Shown here: positions 8,457 to 17,651 of the stretch, in pieces
Layout of the letters: each line of letters opens with the position of its first letter
Numbering within the stretch: the stretch's first letter is position 1
DNA from: a virus
Length of the DNA: 64,000 nucleotides
Virus record (IMG/VR): IMGVR_UViG_3300021077_000115
Span: 110,064 to 174,063 of that record
Direction: 5' to 3' (one strand)
Notes under the pieces: model-generated
Seen by the model: only the letters and a program-made list of their open reading frames with translations
Database searches by the model: none
What the model was told of the DNA's origin: nothing
Program-made: the position numbers and the translations under genes

Positions 8457-8788
8457 AACTCCTTTATACTCCTTCCAATGAATCCAGCAGCACTTGCGCT
8501 TGCCAATTCTTTTATTACGTTTTCTCTTAGTACACGTAATGCTTCAACATACGCCGTGACATCCTCTTCGTATGATGTATCAGGGTCACACCAACTAAAT
8601 GATATATCCAACTCATCGATTAGACCCCGAATGCCACGGCTCATACCGAAGATGCGGTCGTACTTATATTCCCAGGTCGCTCCGGATCCTAAAATAAGTT
8701 CGACCATTTCAATCTCACACAACAATCGCTGTGGCTTTGATGGCTCAATTGAAGTTATCGTCTGCCCACAATGCGGACACGTTATCAT
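8453..8788 (-). CDS. hypothetical protein
   Basis: 111-aa ORF with N-terminal CPHCG motif. Confidence 0.45.
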   Translation of the reverse strand: MITCPHCGQTITSIEPSKPQRLLCEIEMVELILGSGATWEYKYDRIFGMSRGIRGLIDELDISFSWCDPDTSYEEDVTAYVEALRVLRENVIKELASASAAGFIGRSIKEL

Positions 8789-8789
8789 C

Positions 8790-9362
8790 TCAACTCTCCC
8801 AACTTGGCTTCTTCACAACCTGCGGCTTGAGAACCAAGTTAGCACCAGAAGCAATTGCGTTTATCCCAATGAGAATACCGAGACACATCCATTCCAACCA
8901 GAGAATCTTGGAAAATACCATTGACCCTTCGCAGAGTAAAACAAATGCCCCAGCCTTCCACGAATCTCGGAATGCAGCCTTGCCCCATTGGTACACATTT
9001 TTGAAACTGAATCCCAGACCGCCGATGATCAGCAGTGTATGAATTGACCACCACTCTTGCCACTCAAAGTGAGAGATCATAAATGTTGTTAGTGGAATTG
9101 AGCTGCCTAAAAGGATCCCAATTACAGCCCCAATTGCACTCACACTAAAAGCTATCCGCGCTTGGTCAATTACCGAATTGGCTTCCCGCGCAGAGACAAG
9201 CTGAACCCGCTTGCTCTTGTGTGCAACCGCCTTTGGAGCAGCCTTCTTTGCAACCGGCTTCTTAACCGCTGGCTTCTTCTTGCGAATCGCTGCTGCCATC
9301 TCCGGATGAATTCTCGGAGCCGGCGCAGATGTCATCTTCTTTGCTGTTGCTGTATTTGCCAT
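8790..9362 (-). CDS. membrane protein with lysine-rich (H1-like) N-terminus
   Basis: KKPAVKKPVAKKAAPKAVAHKSKR followed by 3-4 predicted TM helices. Confidence 0.5.
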   Translation of the reverse strand: MANTATAKKMTSAPAPRIHPEMAAAIRKKKPAVKKPVAKKAAPKAVAHKSKRVQLVSAREANSVIDQARIAFSVSAIGAVIGILLGSSIPLTTFMISHFEWQEWWSIHTLLIIGGLGFSFKNVYQWGKAAFRDSWKAGAFVLLCEGSMVFSKILWLEWMCLGILIGINAIASGANLVLKPQVVKKPSWES

Positions 9363-9365
9363 TAT

Positions 9366-9596
9366 CTATCGCTTTCTTGCGCTGACCTTATAGATCAGCT
9401 CTTCAAACTCCAGATGTGACCGAGCTATCTGAAGTTCATCAATCAACTTATCAATCGCCTCAATGGTAAGCTTGACAGATACGGTACGCAAATGATTATC
9501 ACGTACCGTTATCCCAGCCAGACCACTACCAAAATCAGCAGAAACCGTGTTTCGCTGAGATTTAATCTCCTGCGTTTTTCTTTCAGCTTCTGTCAT
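9366..9596 (-). CDS. hypothetical protein
   Basis: 76-aa ORF. Confidence 0.4.
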   Translation of the reverse strand: MTEAERKTQEIKSQRNTVSADFGSGLAGITVRDNHLRTVSVKLTIEAIDKLIDELQIARSHLEFEELIYKVSARKR

Positions 9597-9840
9597 CTAG
9601 CTCTTTCAATTCCAACTTTGAAAAGTGCCAACCAGTGATTTTATTCGAACCCTCTGAACTTCTCATGGCCCATCTTTCTGCTGGCTCATCAAAGATTACG
9701 TAGCAACTACTATATACTGAAAATGATTCGACCTCGCCACACTTGCCCTCAAAAGCTTCCATGGCATCTCTATGCCATTTATCTTCACCGTCAGTGCCTT
9801 TGATTGCAACCTGCACACGTGACCCAATTTCTATTGCCAT
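9583..9840 (-). CDS. hypothetical protein
   Basis: 85-aa ORF. Confidence 0.4.
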   Translation of the reverse strand: MAIEIGSRVQVAIKGTDGEDKWHRDAMEAFEGKCGEVESFSVYSSCYVIFDEPAERWAMRSSEGSNKITGWHFSKLELKELDDRS

Positions 9841-9841
9841 G

Positions 9842-10036
9842 TTATTGGTGCCTCTCGACTGTTAGGGTGACATCGCCGCTTTCCCAGAAGTGACGATGAA
9901 TGACAGTGCCCCTGTTAGCCTTCATTTGTTCGTTGATTCCTTTATATTGCCATGACACCGTGTCACCAACGTTAGGAACCGTTTCCCAAAGAACCTTCGC
10001 TCCCTTGCCGACGTTCGGTTCAATTGTTATGCTCAT
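9842..10036 (-). CDS. hypothetical protein
   Basis: 64-aa ORF. Confidence 0.4.
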   Translation of the reverse strand: MSITIEPNVGKGAKVLWETVPNVGDTVSWQYKGINEQMKANRGTVIHRHFWESGDVTLTVERHQ

Positions 10037-10246
10037 CCAGCAGTCAACTCGGTGCCCTCTACGATATGGTCATATCCGTCCTCGTCTGCTTCGACAATTT
10101 CTTCGGCCTCGTCAAGGTCTAGACACTCACGGGTTGCGCCGTTGACCGGATAGCTACCCCAGCCCGGTGTGATGAGCGGAGATGCCCTGACGCGGCTCTT
10201 TGACACAACCTCCGGCCCATTGGTTCTAGGTGTTGATTAGCCTAGG

Positions 10247-10537
10247 CTAATCAACACCTAGCCTAGGGGATGTGAGTGGCTCAGGGTCACTGGGCTCGAT
10301 ACGGCCCATGAGGAAGGCCTCTTCGATGCCATAGACCTGGTGCTCTTCACAGGCCTCGCACTTGTACTCGCGGGCGTCGGGCTCGCAGCAGTCCCGAATC
10401 TCTCCACAGGCAAGGCACAACCCTTGATACTCGTTCATCATGTGATGAATTTCCTCGGTGGTGAACGTGAAGACCTTGGGTGCCTCGGGGGTTGCGTCTG
10501 GCATGGTTTCGACGATTACGGTGGTGGTTTTGGTCAT
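10247..10537 (-). CDS. small Cys-rich (zinc-binding) protein
   Basis: CLACGEIRDCCEPDAREYKCEACEEH. Confidence 0.45.
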   Translation of the reverse strand: MTKTTTVIVETMPDATPEAPKVFTFTTEEIHHMMNEYQGLCLACGEIRDCCEPDAREYKCEACEEHQVYGIEEAFLMGRIEPSDPEPLTSPRLGVD

Positions 10538-10604
10538 TGTAGTGTCCTTTTTCTGTGGCCTTTCTTGGCCACGTCTAGAGAATAGCAGACAAGCGGATAA
10601 TACG

Positions 10605-10787
10605 TCACCGCCTGATCATTTCGCGATGCTTGTTCGATACCTTTGCAGCTTCAATCGCAAAGAATATGTCCCAATCGCTATGATAATTTGAATCCGCCTT
10701 CAGACGTTTGACTACCTCAGCCTCTGGAACTCCCATCCCTAAAGCCAGGGCGGCTCTCTTGATTAGTTCTTCCATAGCCTTCTCCAA
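10605..10787 (-). CDS. hypothetical protein
   Basis: 60-aa ORF. Confidence 0.35.
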   Translation of the reverse strand: MEKAMEELIKRAALALGMGVPEAEVVKRLKADSNYHSDWDIFFAIEAAKVSNKHREMIRR

Positions 10788-10802
10788 AGTGCTAGTGCGA
10801 AG

Positions 10803-11138
10803 CTAGCCGGAACGCCCTTGGCGTTCAAAGTATGCCCGCAGAACTTCCATGCGGTAACGGAAAATGCACTGACGTATCATATCAGCGATATGATAAGTAA
10901 GCTTTTGCTTTATGCACAACGTTAACGCCAGCCTACGCTGGACGGCCTCAACCTCTTCGATAGTCCAAGTAAGCGAAGAGTCTTCTCCAAGCAGCTTCTC
11001 AATCTCTGGCCCAGGATTAATCTGCTTGATGCGAACCATCTCTAAGTAAGTTATTGCACGGGCCAATTGCACATCGGAACACCACACTGCCAACTCTCTT
11101 GCCGTACTATGCTCGGTTGCTGGGAGGTCGATTGACAT
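10803..11138 (-). CDS. hypothetical protein
   Basis: 111-aa ORF. Confidence 0.45.
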   Translation of the reverse strand: MSIDLPATEHSTARELAVWCSDVQLARAITYLEMVRIKQINPGPEIEKLLGEDSSLTWTIEEVEAVQRRLALTLCIKQKLTYHIADMIRQCIFRYRMEVLRAYFERQGRSG

Positions 11139-11224
11139 CGAACACTTCCGCCTTTCTTGCTAGCGCGCCAGCTCTGCTGGCCCTGCATCCTTTGGATGCG
11201 AACATGCGGATACGTTAAGAAACC

Positions 11225-11620
11225 TCAATGTGACGCCGACCAACCGGAACACTCATTAACAAACACACGGATTTCATATCCAATATCTTTGTTGAGGTCT
11301 TTCGTCAAACAGATATCACCAAGTCGGCTCGCACCAGTTACTCGATATAGTTCGCCTTGATATGTGCAGAACAACTTGTAATGCCCAATCTGATCGGTGA
11401 ACGCACTCTGCATAATTGCCGGCAACCGATGCAACATCATAAACCATCGAGCGTACTTCTCGTTTGGGTCTCGCTGATCATTCGGCTTGTTGCTTCCAAA
11501 TGATACAAAATCATCAACGTGTTGCCCTGGAGGCGGTAAGCATACCGGACACGTTAGACCTTCGTTGGTATCATAAAAATCTTGATAACCATGATCATAA
11601 CACCACTCTCTAGTAGTCAT
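11225..11620 (-). CDS. hypothetical protein
   Basis: 131-aa ORF. Confidence 0.45.
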   Translation of the reverse strand: MTTREWCYDHGYQDFYDTNEGLTCPVCLPPPGQHVDDFVSFGSNKPNDQRDPNEKYARWFMMLHRLPAIMQSAFTDQIGHYKLFCTYQGELYRVTGASRLGDICLTKDLNKDIGYEIRVFVNECSGWSASH

Positions 11621-11874
11621 GACTTTTCATCCTTTCGACATCTCGTGCACTCCGGCAAATTGCAGTGCTCTCCAACTTGCGTCCCAACTCGGTAATGATG
11701 ACCGTTCGTCAAGAACCCAACCCCATCGCCGGGACTGATTGAGAACATGTCACTTGCAAAGCTATGCGCCGAGACAGGCCGCCCCGTAGCATCCAACTCA
11801 TGGTACACAACCTTGTTAGATTGGTGCATAACCAAAACCATCTCAACAACTCTGTTATCAACTTGAACTTTCAT
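11617..11874 (-). CDS. hypothetical protein
   Basis: 85-aa ORF. Confidence 0.4.
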   Translation of the reverse strand: MKVQVDNRVVEMVLVMHQSNKVVYHELDATGRPVSAHSFASDMFSISPGDGVGFLTNGHHYRVGTQVGEHCNLPECTRCRKDEKS

Positions 11875-11875
11875 T

Positions 11876-12124
11876 TCAAACCCCAGCTTTCCCGCATAGC
11901 ACTTTCATGTGATATTTAGGAACAACCTGTAATGTGTTGGTTCGATAACTTCCTAAAATCACAAAACCATCATATTTACATTCTTCATTTGCCGCAGCTT
12001 CGCATCTTGAAAGACTCCAATTGCAAGTTATTTCAATTGGTTTTGGTCTTACATCATTAGCTCCATTGTGACGACATCCGAAAGTAAATAAAACCAATCC
12101 AGTGAGAACCAATCCTCTATTCAT
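11876..12124 (-). CDS. small lipoprotein
   Basis: Internal start MNRGLVLTGLVLFTFGC (lipobox TFGC) inside ORF 11876..12343; the upstream part of that ORF overlaps the QueC-like gene and is rejected. Confidence 0.35.
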   Translation of the reverse strand: MNRGLVLTGLVLFTFGCRHNGANDVRPKPIEITCNWSLSRCEAAANEECKYDGFVILGSYRTNTLQVVPKYHMKVLCGKAGV

Positions 12125-12176
12125 AGCGCGTTCTTTCCAGCAGTCGTAATTGCCATCGCGCCAGCCTTGTTGCGAC

Positions 12177-12845
12177 TCAACAACCCACGAACCAATGTTT
12201 ATGCAAATGATCAGCGATATCAATGAGCAATTTGCTGCGACAATCATAAACGATTTTTTTAATCTTACACTTATCACAAGAATCGCAGGGCACGATTCCG
12301 ATGGGTGTGTTACAACAAAACATACAGTCCATTGGAATTTCAAAAGACATTAGCATTTTTATAAGCTGAACATTATCAATGTTCTTCAAAGGAAAGGCAT
12401 ACCGAATAGGCCCTCTCCGCGCACCTTCTAAGTTGTCTGCAAATGAATTGAAACTATTTAGAAGCTTCAAAAAATCCTTCTCTTGATAAGGTTCTCCCTT
12501 TTTATATCCCCATGAAACAATATCTTCAGGCTGAAAATATATTTGGAATAAGCTTGGCCACAGATGATGTTGCCTAAGCATGAGATCCCCTACTGCATTG
12601 CCACTCACCGATATCTCTTGCGCCTGAATGAAATGCCCAATCGACTTCGCAAAACGCAAATACTTGTGCCTTGCAATGGATTGAGCCCGCATCTGTCCAG
12701 CATTGCAACGATGATGTTCCTTTACCGACAATGTTATTACAGGGTTTTCCTTGGTGGAAAGCATACCCGCCATGTAAAGTATCGCCGTTGAATCCAAACC
12801 GCCTGACCAGATCACCACGTTGCGAGCCATTAGCTCACCCCGCAA
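12177..12845 (-). CDS. queC: QueC-like PP-loop ATPase (7-cyano-7-deazaguanine synthase family)
   Basis: N-terminal NVVIWSGGLDSTAILYMA PP-loop (SGGxDS) and C-terminal Cys cluster CCNTPIGIVPCDSCDKC, ~220 aa as for QueC; the middle region is divergent. Confidence 0.5.
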   Translation of the reverse strand: MRGELMARNVVIWSGGLDSTAILYMAGMLSTKENPVITLSVKEHHRCNAGQMRAQSIARHKYLRFAKSIGHFIQAQEISVSGNAVGDLMLRQHHLWPSLFQIYFQPEDIVSWGYKKGEPYQEKDFLKLLNSFNSFADNLEGARRGPIRYAFPLKNIDNVQLIKMLMSFEIPMDCMFCCNTPIGIVPCDSCDKCKIKKIVYDCRSKLLIDIADHLHKHWFVGC

Positions 12846-12879
12846 TCTTCGATTACAACATTACGAGCCATGACTCACC

Positions 12880-13071
12880 TCACTTAATCCTTATCCACTC
12901 GCCATTCCAAAGATACTCTTCGGGATGTAGCGTGTGCTCAGCACAGATTTGACCATTCACATCAATAAAAAACTTGAGCGACTGATCGTTCTTGTAACAA
13001 TCAGGTAATGCTTCGTACGCAAACTCGTCATACTCAAGTAGAACCAACGGATCAGTTCCTAACTCTTTCAT
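12880..13071 (-). CDS. hypothetical protein
   Basis: 63-aa ORF. Confidence 0.35.
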   Translation of the reverse strand: MKELGTDPLVLLEYDEFAYEALPDCYKNDQSLKFFIDVNGQICAEHTLHPEEYLWNGEWIRIK

Positions 13072-13152
13072 ATCAAAACCTTTCTTATGACTTGCCTCAT
13101 CAGATGCGAGGTTGTCACCCTTCGCATGACCGCCTTGCGGCGGTTTCGGCTT

Positions 13153-13977
13153 TTATTTAGAAAGCTCCTCAATTCGAATGCGAATTATCTCGCGATCTAG
13201 CTCAAGAGATTTGATCTCAATCGAGCCTGTTCCTTCATTGTTAGCTCCCGGCCACTGGCCATCTCTCTGAATTAGCGCCGGAAGATCAAGGGATATCGCC
13301 TGCTTCCCAACCCTAATGCACCCATCAACCAGATCTTTCCTAGCTGCGAAAGCTAAGGCTGACTTTAGGGCGTTGTTGCAATCATTGTATCTTGAACGAT
13401 GACGCCGGTAATAGGCAACTGACTGTTCCCAGCTGAAGCGCTCATACTCTTTGTTGTAACTTCCGCCGGAGATTACATTCCTGTTTGGGTTCGGATCATC
13501 GCTGCGATGATATGTGACTTGCTTTCCCTTCGGTTTCCCGAATTCGATTACCGGCCGTCCGCGTTCATCAACAACTCCTTCATTTCTGGAAATGTAGTCG
13601 GAAGCAATGATATGGTTGGCCGTGAACGCATGCTTGCTAAATGCCGGCGAGCACTCAGTACACTCGCACAGTGATAACAGATTGATGTGAGCCGCCGCAT
13701 CTTCTTCTGTTGTTCCAAACGGAGGCCTTAGCCATCTGAGATACCAATCAATTGAGTCCTTGCGACCAAGCGCTCGGTACTCACCGAGCCCATGAACTCT
13801 AAAGAGAAAAACTAACTCAGACATTCGCTGCCATAGCCTCTCGGGTACGCAACTCCACAGCACGATCTTCCACCAAATCACGTACGCGGCGAATGCTATC
13901 GCCGTCAAATGATAGCAGAAGTATCCGAATGGCCTGAAGCGTATTGTCAGAGTCCGCTCCGCCTCGAAGCTGAACAA
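13153..13977 (-). CDS. hypothetical protein
   Basis: 274-aa ORF; N-terminal part hydrophobic, start uncertain. Confidence 0.4.
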   Translation of the reverse strand: MFSFEAERTLTIRFRPFGYFCYHLTAIAFAAYVIWWKIVLWSCVPERLWQRMSELVFLFRVHGLGEYRALGRKDSIDWYLRWLRPPFGTTEEDAAAHINLLSLCECTECSPAFSKHAFTANHIIASDYISRNEGVVDERGRPVIEFGKPKGKQVTYHRSDDPNPNRNVISGGSYNKEYERFSWEQSVAYYRRHRSRYNDCNNALKSALAFAARKDLVDGCIRVGKQAISLDLPALIQRDGQWPGANNEGTGSIEIKSLELDREIIRIRIEELSK

Positions 13978-14079
13978 CTTTTCCGCAACATGAGCCGGAT
14001 GATTTCCGGTTTTCAGTGACGTGCTTGCCTGCCGAGCGAACTGAGTATTCAGGTTTCAGGATTCTATCGAGCGTACGTA

Positions 14080-14310
14080 TCAAAGAACTTCTCGGCAGCC
14101 GCACCCGTTTGCGCGTCCGCCGCTCTGATGGCAACAAACCTTGAACCGAAAGTCATCTGCGCATTCCTCAGGCTCACTGCCAGCGGCTACGCATTGAAGA
14201 CACATCGTTTCACATTGCTCTTGCGCTTCGGCGCTATACCGAACCGGATGTTTTGGTTGCTCCCCCAATTCGGAGGAGCTTATGAATAAGATGACTAATA
14301 AGAATTTCAT
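14080..14310 (-). CDS. secreted Cys-rich small protein
   Basis: MKFLLVILFISSS signal peptide; nine Cys in the mature part. Confidence 0.4.
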   Translation of the reverse strand: MKFLLVILFISSSELGEQPKHPVRYSAEAQEQCETMCLQCVAAGSEPEECADDFRFKVCCHQSGGRANGCGCREVL

Positions 14311-14630
14311 AAACTCCTCCTTGCTTGGTAGCATTTTACTGCCGCAGTTCGATGCCCTTGAAGTGAGACTCAGTGTAGCCCCACTTCTTGATCATCATCT
14401 TACGATACTCTGCATCATCGCACTTGCATGAGCCATCATCCCGATAATGATCTGGATCCAAAATGAATAATGATCTGGATCCAAAATGAAATGCCGACAT
14501 TTCTGTATGTCCGAATGCTTAATCATTCTAACGTTCGTCAAAATTCCGTTAGATTGCAGATTCCCAAATATCGTCACGAATACATATCGCTGGATTCTCA
14601 CCACTCTTGTCAAGCTCAATGTGAAACATA

Positions 14631-15017
14631 TCAATCCTCAATTTCCTTGGTCAACGCCTCGTGGAAAACATCGTGGAGATAATCCTTGATGTCGTTACGA
14701 TTGCGCCCGCTAATCCGAATGTTGATTCCAAAAATCAACGATGCCGTGACCGTTATCGTATGATCGGTCCAACAACCAACGTAGTAACCGGTTCCATTCA
14801 TGTGATGAAAACTAGTGGTAAATACCAATTTCTCACTGGTACTCTTATCCAGATCAAGCTTGACACCATCATCTATCCCAGAACCGCTAGGCATCTGCTC
14901 TTTCACAAGCTTAATCAACCGTTCCTCGTGCCTCAACTTCCACTCAGTATTTTTATCTATACCGCAGTTGAAATAAGCCCATGTTGTCTGAGCGAGTACA
15001 ACGTATAGCTTCTTCAT
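14631..15017 (-). CDS. hypothetical protein
   Basis: ATG 17 nt downstream of TTTTTACCAAAGGA motif (tool start was TTG at 15029). Confidence 0.5.
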   Translation of the reverse strand: MKKLYVVLAQTTWAYFNCGIDKNTEWKLRHEERLIKLVKEQMPSGSGIDDGVKLDLDKSTSEKLVFTTSFHHMNGTGYYVGCWTDHTITVTASLIFGINIRISGRNRNDIKDYLHDVFHEALTKEIED

Positions 15018-15205
15018 GACTTGCTCCAATCCTTTGGTAAAAAGCCTCCGGACTTAAGCCAAACGTCCAAGGCTTCGAATTGCTCAGCCATTTCAATTGC
15101 TTGATCAGGCATCAGAGGGGAACCTAAAGTATGGTTCTCTTCTTCGTTTGACAGAATCCCTTTGGCCAATTCTCTCATCAGCCTCAATGCTTCTTCTGGG
15201 TCCAT
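15014..15205 (-). CDS. hypothetical protein
   Basis: 63-aa ORF. Confidence 0.4.
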   Translation of the reverse strand: MDPEEALRLMRELAKGILSNEEENHTLGSPLMPDQAIEMAEQFEALDVWLKSGGFLPKDWSKS

Positions 15206-15207
15206 TA

Positions 15208-15783
15208 TTACCCTTCCTTTCGGGGAAACAGCCCATAATAGACTGCTTCAGCCCTTTTATAGTTGGCAATGATTGCCAATTCCTCGGCAGTGAACATCCT
15301 GGAGTTTGCAACGAAGTATTCATTCAACTCCCGGAAACACATACCACGATACTGCGTTTCAATAATCCGTTGAATCTCATCCCACTTAGGATCATCAACA
15401 AGATTGGAAAGGCCCCATGATTCGACTAGCTCTTCGTATGTTCGAACAACTATCGAGTGACGTCCGTCACCATTATCCACAAGAAGAGCACCAGCCGCCA
15501 ACAACTCAGCAACCTTGGCTTTCAGAATCGTGTCATCTATATCTTCACTAACCGCTTCAGACACGACGTACAGTTCCCGAGTGGGCGATACCCGATGAAC
15601 CACCATCCCTTCTCGGAGTGTGGCATAGTCAATGGCTTCCTCGCGAGTTACAAGATGCTGGTACACCTTCCCGGGCACGAATTCGCCATCGGTTGCGTTC
15701 CAGAAGTGCTCCACATAATCAGAGCATCCATGGAAATTTAGCGCCAAAGGCGGCCCAGGTCTGACCTGGCTTACCTCTTTCAC
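15208..15783 (-). CDS. hypothetical protein
   Basis: 191-aa ORF. Confidence 0.5.
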   Translation of the reverse strand: MKEVSQVRPGPPLALNFHGCSDYVEHFWNATDGEFVPGKVYQHLVTREEAIDYATLREGMVVHRVSPTRELYVVSEAVSEDIDDTILKAKVAELLAAGALLVDNGDGRHSIVVRTYEELVESWGLSNLVDDPKWDEIQRIIETQYRGMCFRELNEYFVANSRMFTAEELAIIANYKRAEAVYYGLFPRKEG

Positions 15784-15784
15784 C

Positions 15785-16012
15785 TTACCCTGCCTTGCGA
15801 AGAGCTGGCAGATCGGAGTTGTGAAGAACTTCGTACAGACTCATGAAGCTGTTCGCCTCATGGCTTGGCAATTCATCCCAAGCTACAGCCATCGAGATTG
15901 GCCTGCCAGCGTCGTCAGTTGTATCAACCCATATCCCTGCTTCAGAGATGTTGATGGTCTTGCCATCAAACTCAACTGTAACCTCTTTGATATTGTTTGC
16001 CATAGTACACAT
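15785..16012 (-). CDS. hypothetical protein
   Basis: 75 aa; terminator plus GGCATTTAAGAG cassette lies upstream. Confidence 0.45.
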   Translation of the reverse strand: MCTMANNIKEVTVEFDGKTINISEAGIWVDTTDDAGRPISMAVAWDELPSHEANSFMSLYEVLHNSDLPALRKAG

Positions 16013-16040
16013 TTTCCTTTAGAGATAGCGAATTGCCATC

Positions 16041-16085
16041 TCTTAAATGCCGAAAGCCCACGCCCTGTTACAGGAGTGAGCTATC
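16041..16085 (-). promoter_or_regulatory. terminator hairpin + CTTTYGGCATTTAAGAG cassette (copy 1 of 7)
   Basis: Minus strand reads hairpin-CUUUCGGCAUUUAAGAG, then a 6-codon mini-ORF, then the RBS of gene 15785..16012. Confidence 0.45.
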
Positions 16086-16089
16086 AGCT

Positions 16090-16533
16090 TTAGGTATGTA
16101 TCTGACCGTCCAATTCTACTCCGTGGTAAACACCACTACGTTCGAAGTAGAAATGATCTACATTCCATTTCAGTTGCCTAGCTAGCTCAGTAGCTGACGG
16201 ACAACCATGATCATCACCCTCATGCTGCCTGGCATATCGCATAAGCGCTGCCAGTACAAGAGCTGGTAGGCGTCCCGTTCCACCACATGCCTTGCACGAA
16301 CCTTTACTTGACAATGACAACCCAATGCCCATGCAGCAAGGACAGGCTACCTTCATACACCGAGCTACGATATGATCTCGATACTCTGCCCATCGCCAAT
16401 CATCCATCGTCAAAACCCGGCTTCCAATGTACGGTACCCAACCAGCTTCTGTTGGTTGATGAGTAATTACGTTACCCTCTCTCAACTTTACATCCTCTGG
16501 CTTCTCAGCTAACGGAATTGTATTCTCATTCAT
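16090..16533 (-). CDS. hypothetical protein with CxxCxGxG zinc-finger motif
   Basis: Start MNENTIPL sits 8 nt after TTTAAGGAG; CPCC...CKACGGTGR motif. Confidence 0.5.
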   Translation of the reverse strand: MNENTIPLAEKPEDVKLREGNVITHQPTEAGWVPYIGSRVLTMDDWRWAEYRDHIVARCMKVACPCCMGIGLSLSSKGSCKACGGTGRLPALVLAALMRYARQHEGDDHGCPSATELARQLKWNVDHFYFERSGVYHGVELDGQIHT

Positions 16534-16541
16534 TGCTAACT

Positions 16542-16581
16542 CCTTAAATGCCAAAAGCTCTCGCCCATCTAAGAGCGAGAG
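16542..16581 (-). promoter_or_regulatory. terminator hairpin + CTTTTGGCATTTAAGGAG cassette (copy 2)
   Basis: Perfect hairpin CTCTCGC-loop-GCGAGAG adjacent to the motif; the motif doubles as the SD for gene 16090..16533. Confidence 0.45.
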
Positions 16582-16687
16582 CCTTCGGTTTGACAATCAC
16601 GGAATGTTCATAAGAACATATACCGCGAATGCTACCAGGAACCCTGCAGCACCTATCAGTTCCTGAATTCTGCCGCTGTTGTTACCG

Positions 16688-17098
16688 CTATTTGCTGCAA
16701 AGCGGACATGCTGGCGTGACGTACTGAACATTGGGCACCTTTGAATAATGCTTGGCTGGATTGAATTCGCGTGCTTTCGCCGTACTGAACAGCCCACCAC
16801 TCGGTGACCCAACCGGGCCATCGGCAACGAGATCTGAACTCTGCGCCGAGCTTTCGGAATCTGCATCAGCATGACGTTTGTGAGCTTTGCCTGTTATTGG
16901 AGCCCTGCCAGTGATTGCTACGGTGGCAAGACCCAATGCGTTGTTTGTCATGACGTTGGCATTCGGCGCATCATAGTTAACATTGATTGCCGAGTCTTCG
17001 GTTGTACGCAGAATGGGTGGGCTGTTGTTCACGGCGATTCCTGTTATGAATACAGCCAAGCCTAGAACCAAACTTGCGATTGCGACGATCTTGTTCAT
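16688..17098 (-). CDS. membrane-anchored protein
   Basis: N-terminal TM helix, preceded by TTTACCAAAAAAGAAAGAAG initiation motif. Confidence 0.45.
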   Translation of the reverse strand: MNKIVAIASLVLGLAVFITGIAVNNSPPILRTTEDSAINVNYDAPNANVMTNNALGLATVAITGRAPITGKAHKRHADADSESSAQSSDLVADGPVGSPSGGLFSTAKAREFNPAKHYSKVPNVQYVTPACPLCSK

Positions 17099-17143
17099 GG
17101 TGTTTCTTCTTTCTTTTTTGGTAAAGTGACAGAGTTAGATAAA

Positions 17144-17362
17144 TCAAGGAAGAGCAACGAACGTTAGAATGAATGAGCTGATTGTTATGACTGCCAACCA
17201 GCCAGTACCAATACCCATCCAATGGAAGTTCCATGCGCACCAGCAAAAGACCTGCCGGAATACGATTGCGTTGATACATGCTGCGATGAATACGCCAACC
17301 ATTCCCAGAAGCCACTTGCCAGGAACTCCGAGAACCTTGAACGGTAGTAGAAATAGTGTCAT
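17144..17362 (-). CDS. small two-TM membrane protein (holin-like topology)
   Basis: 72 aa, two hydrophobic helices; GGAGGAAAGACC-ATG RBS. Confidence 0.4.
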   Translation of the reverse strand: MTLFLLPFKVLGVPGKWLLGMVGVFIAACINAIVFRQVFCWCAWNFHWMGIGTGWLAVITISSFILTFVALP

Positions 17363-17403
17363 GGTCTTTCCTCCAGAATTTTAAGAGGTCAATTTTACCT
17401 CTT

Positions 17404-17442
17404 CTTAAATCCCGAAAGCTCAGCTCCAACTAAGGAGCCGAG
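17404..17442 (-). promoter_or_regulatory. terminator hairpin + CTTTCGGGATTTAAGAAG cassette (copy 3)
   Basis: Same cassette architecture. Confidence 0.4.
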
Positions 17443-17651
17443 CCGGGATGATTTGGCCTTCTCGATAAGGCACTTCACCTTGTCACCATTACAGTGAGCT
17501 ATCCTTTACCAGAAGAAAGGATTGTTTAATGCCCACATGCCCTGATGCAAGCACAGATTACTACGCACCAGAATACGAACTTCAGCAGCTTGACGAAACC
17601 ACTCTCGCCAGGTTCAGGTTCGAGATCAACAATGAACCTTGCCATCGCTGA

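Noticed and set aside
11876-12343. Full-length ORF 11876..12343
   Set aside because: Its 5' 220 nt overlap the QueC-like gene in another frame. Only the 3' part from MNRGLV (lipobox) is retained.
16597-17429. ORFs 16597..16872 and 16977..17429 (minus), 16871..17065 and 17169..17384 (plus)
   Set aside because: They overlap the better-supported membrane-protein genes 16688..17098 and 17144..17362 (RBS and motif support). Their compositions are atypical.
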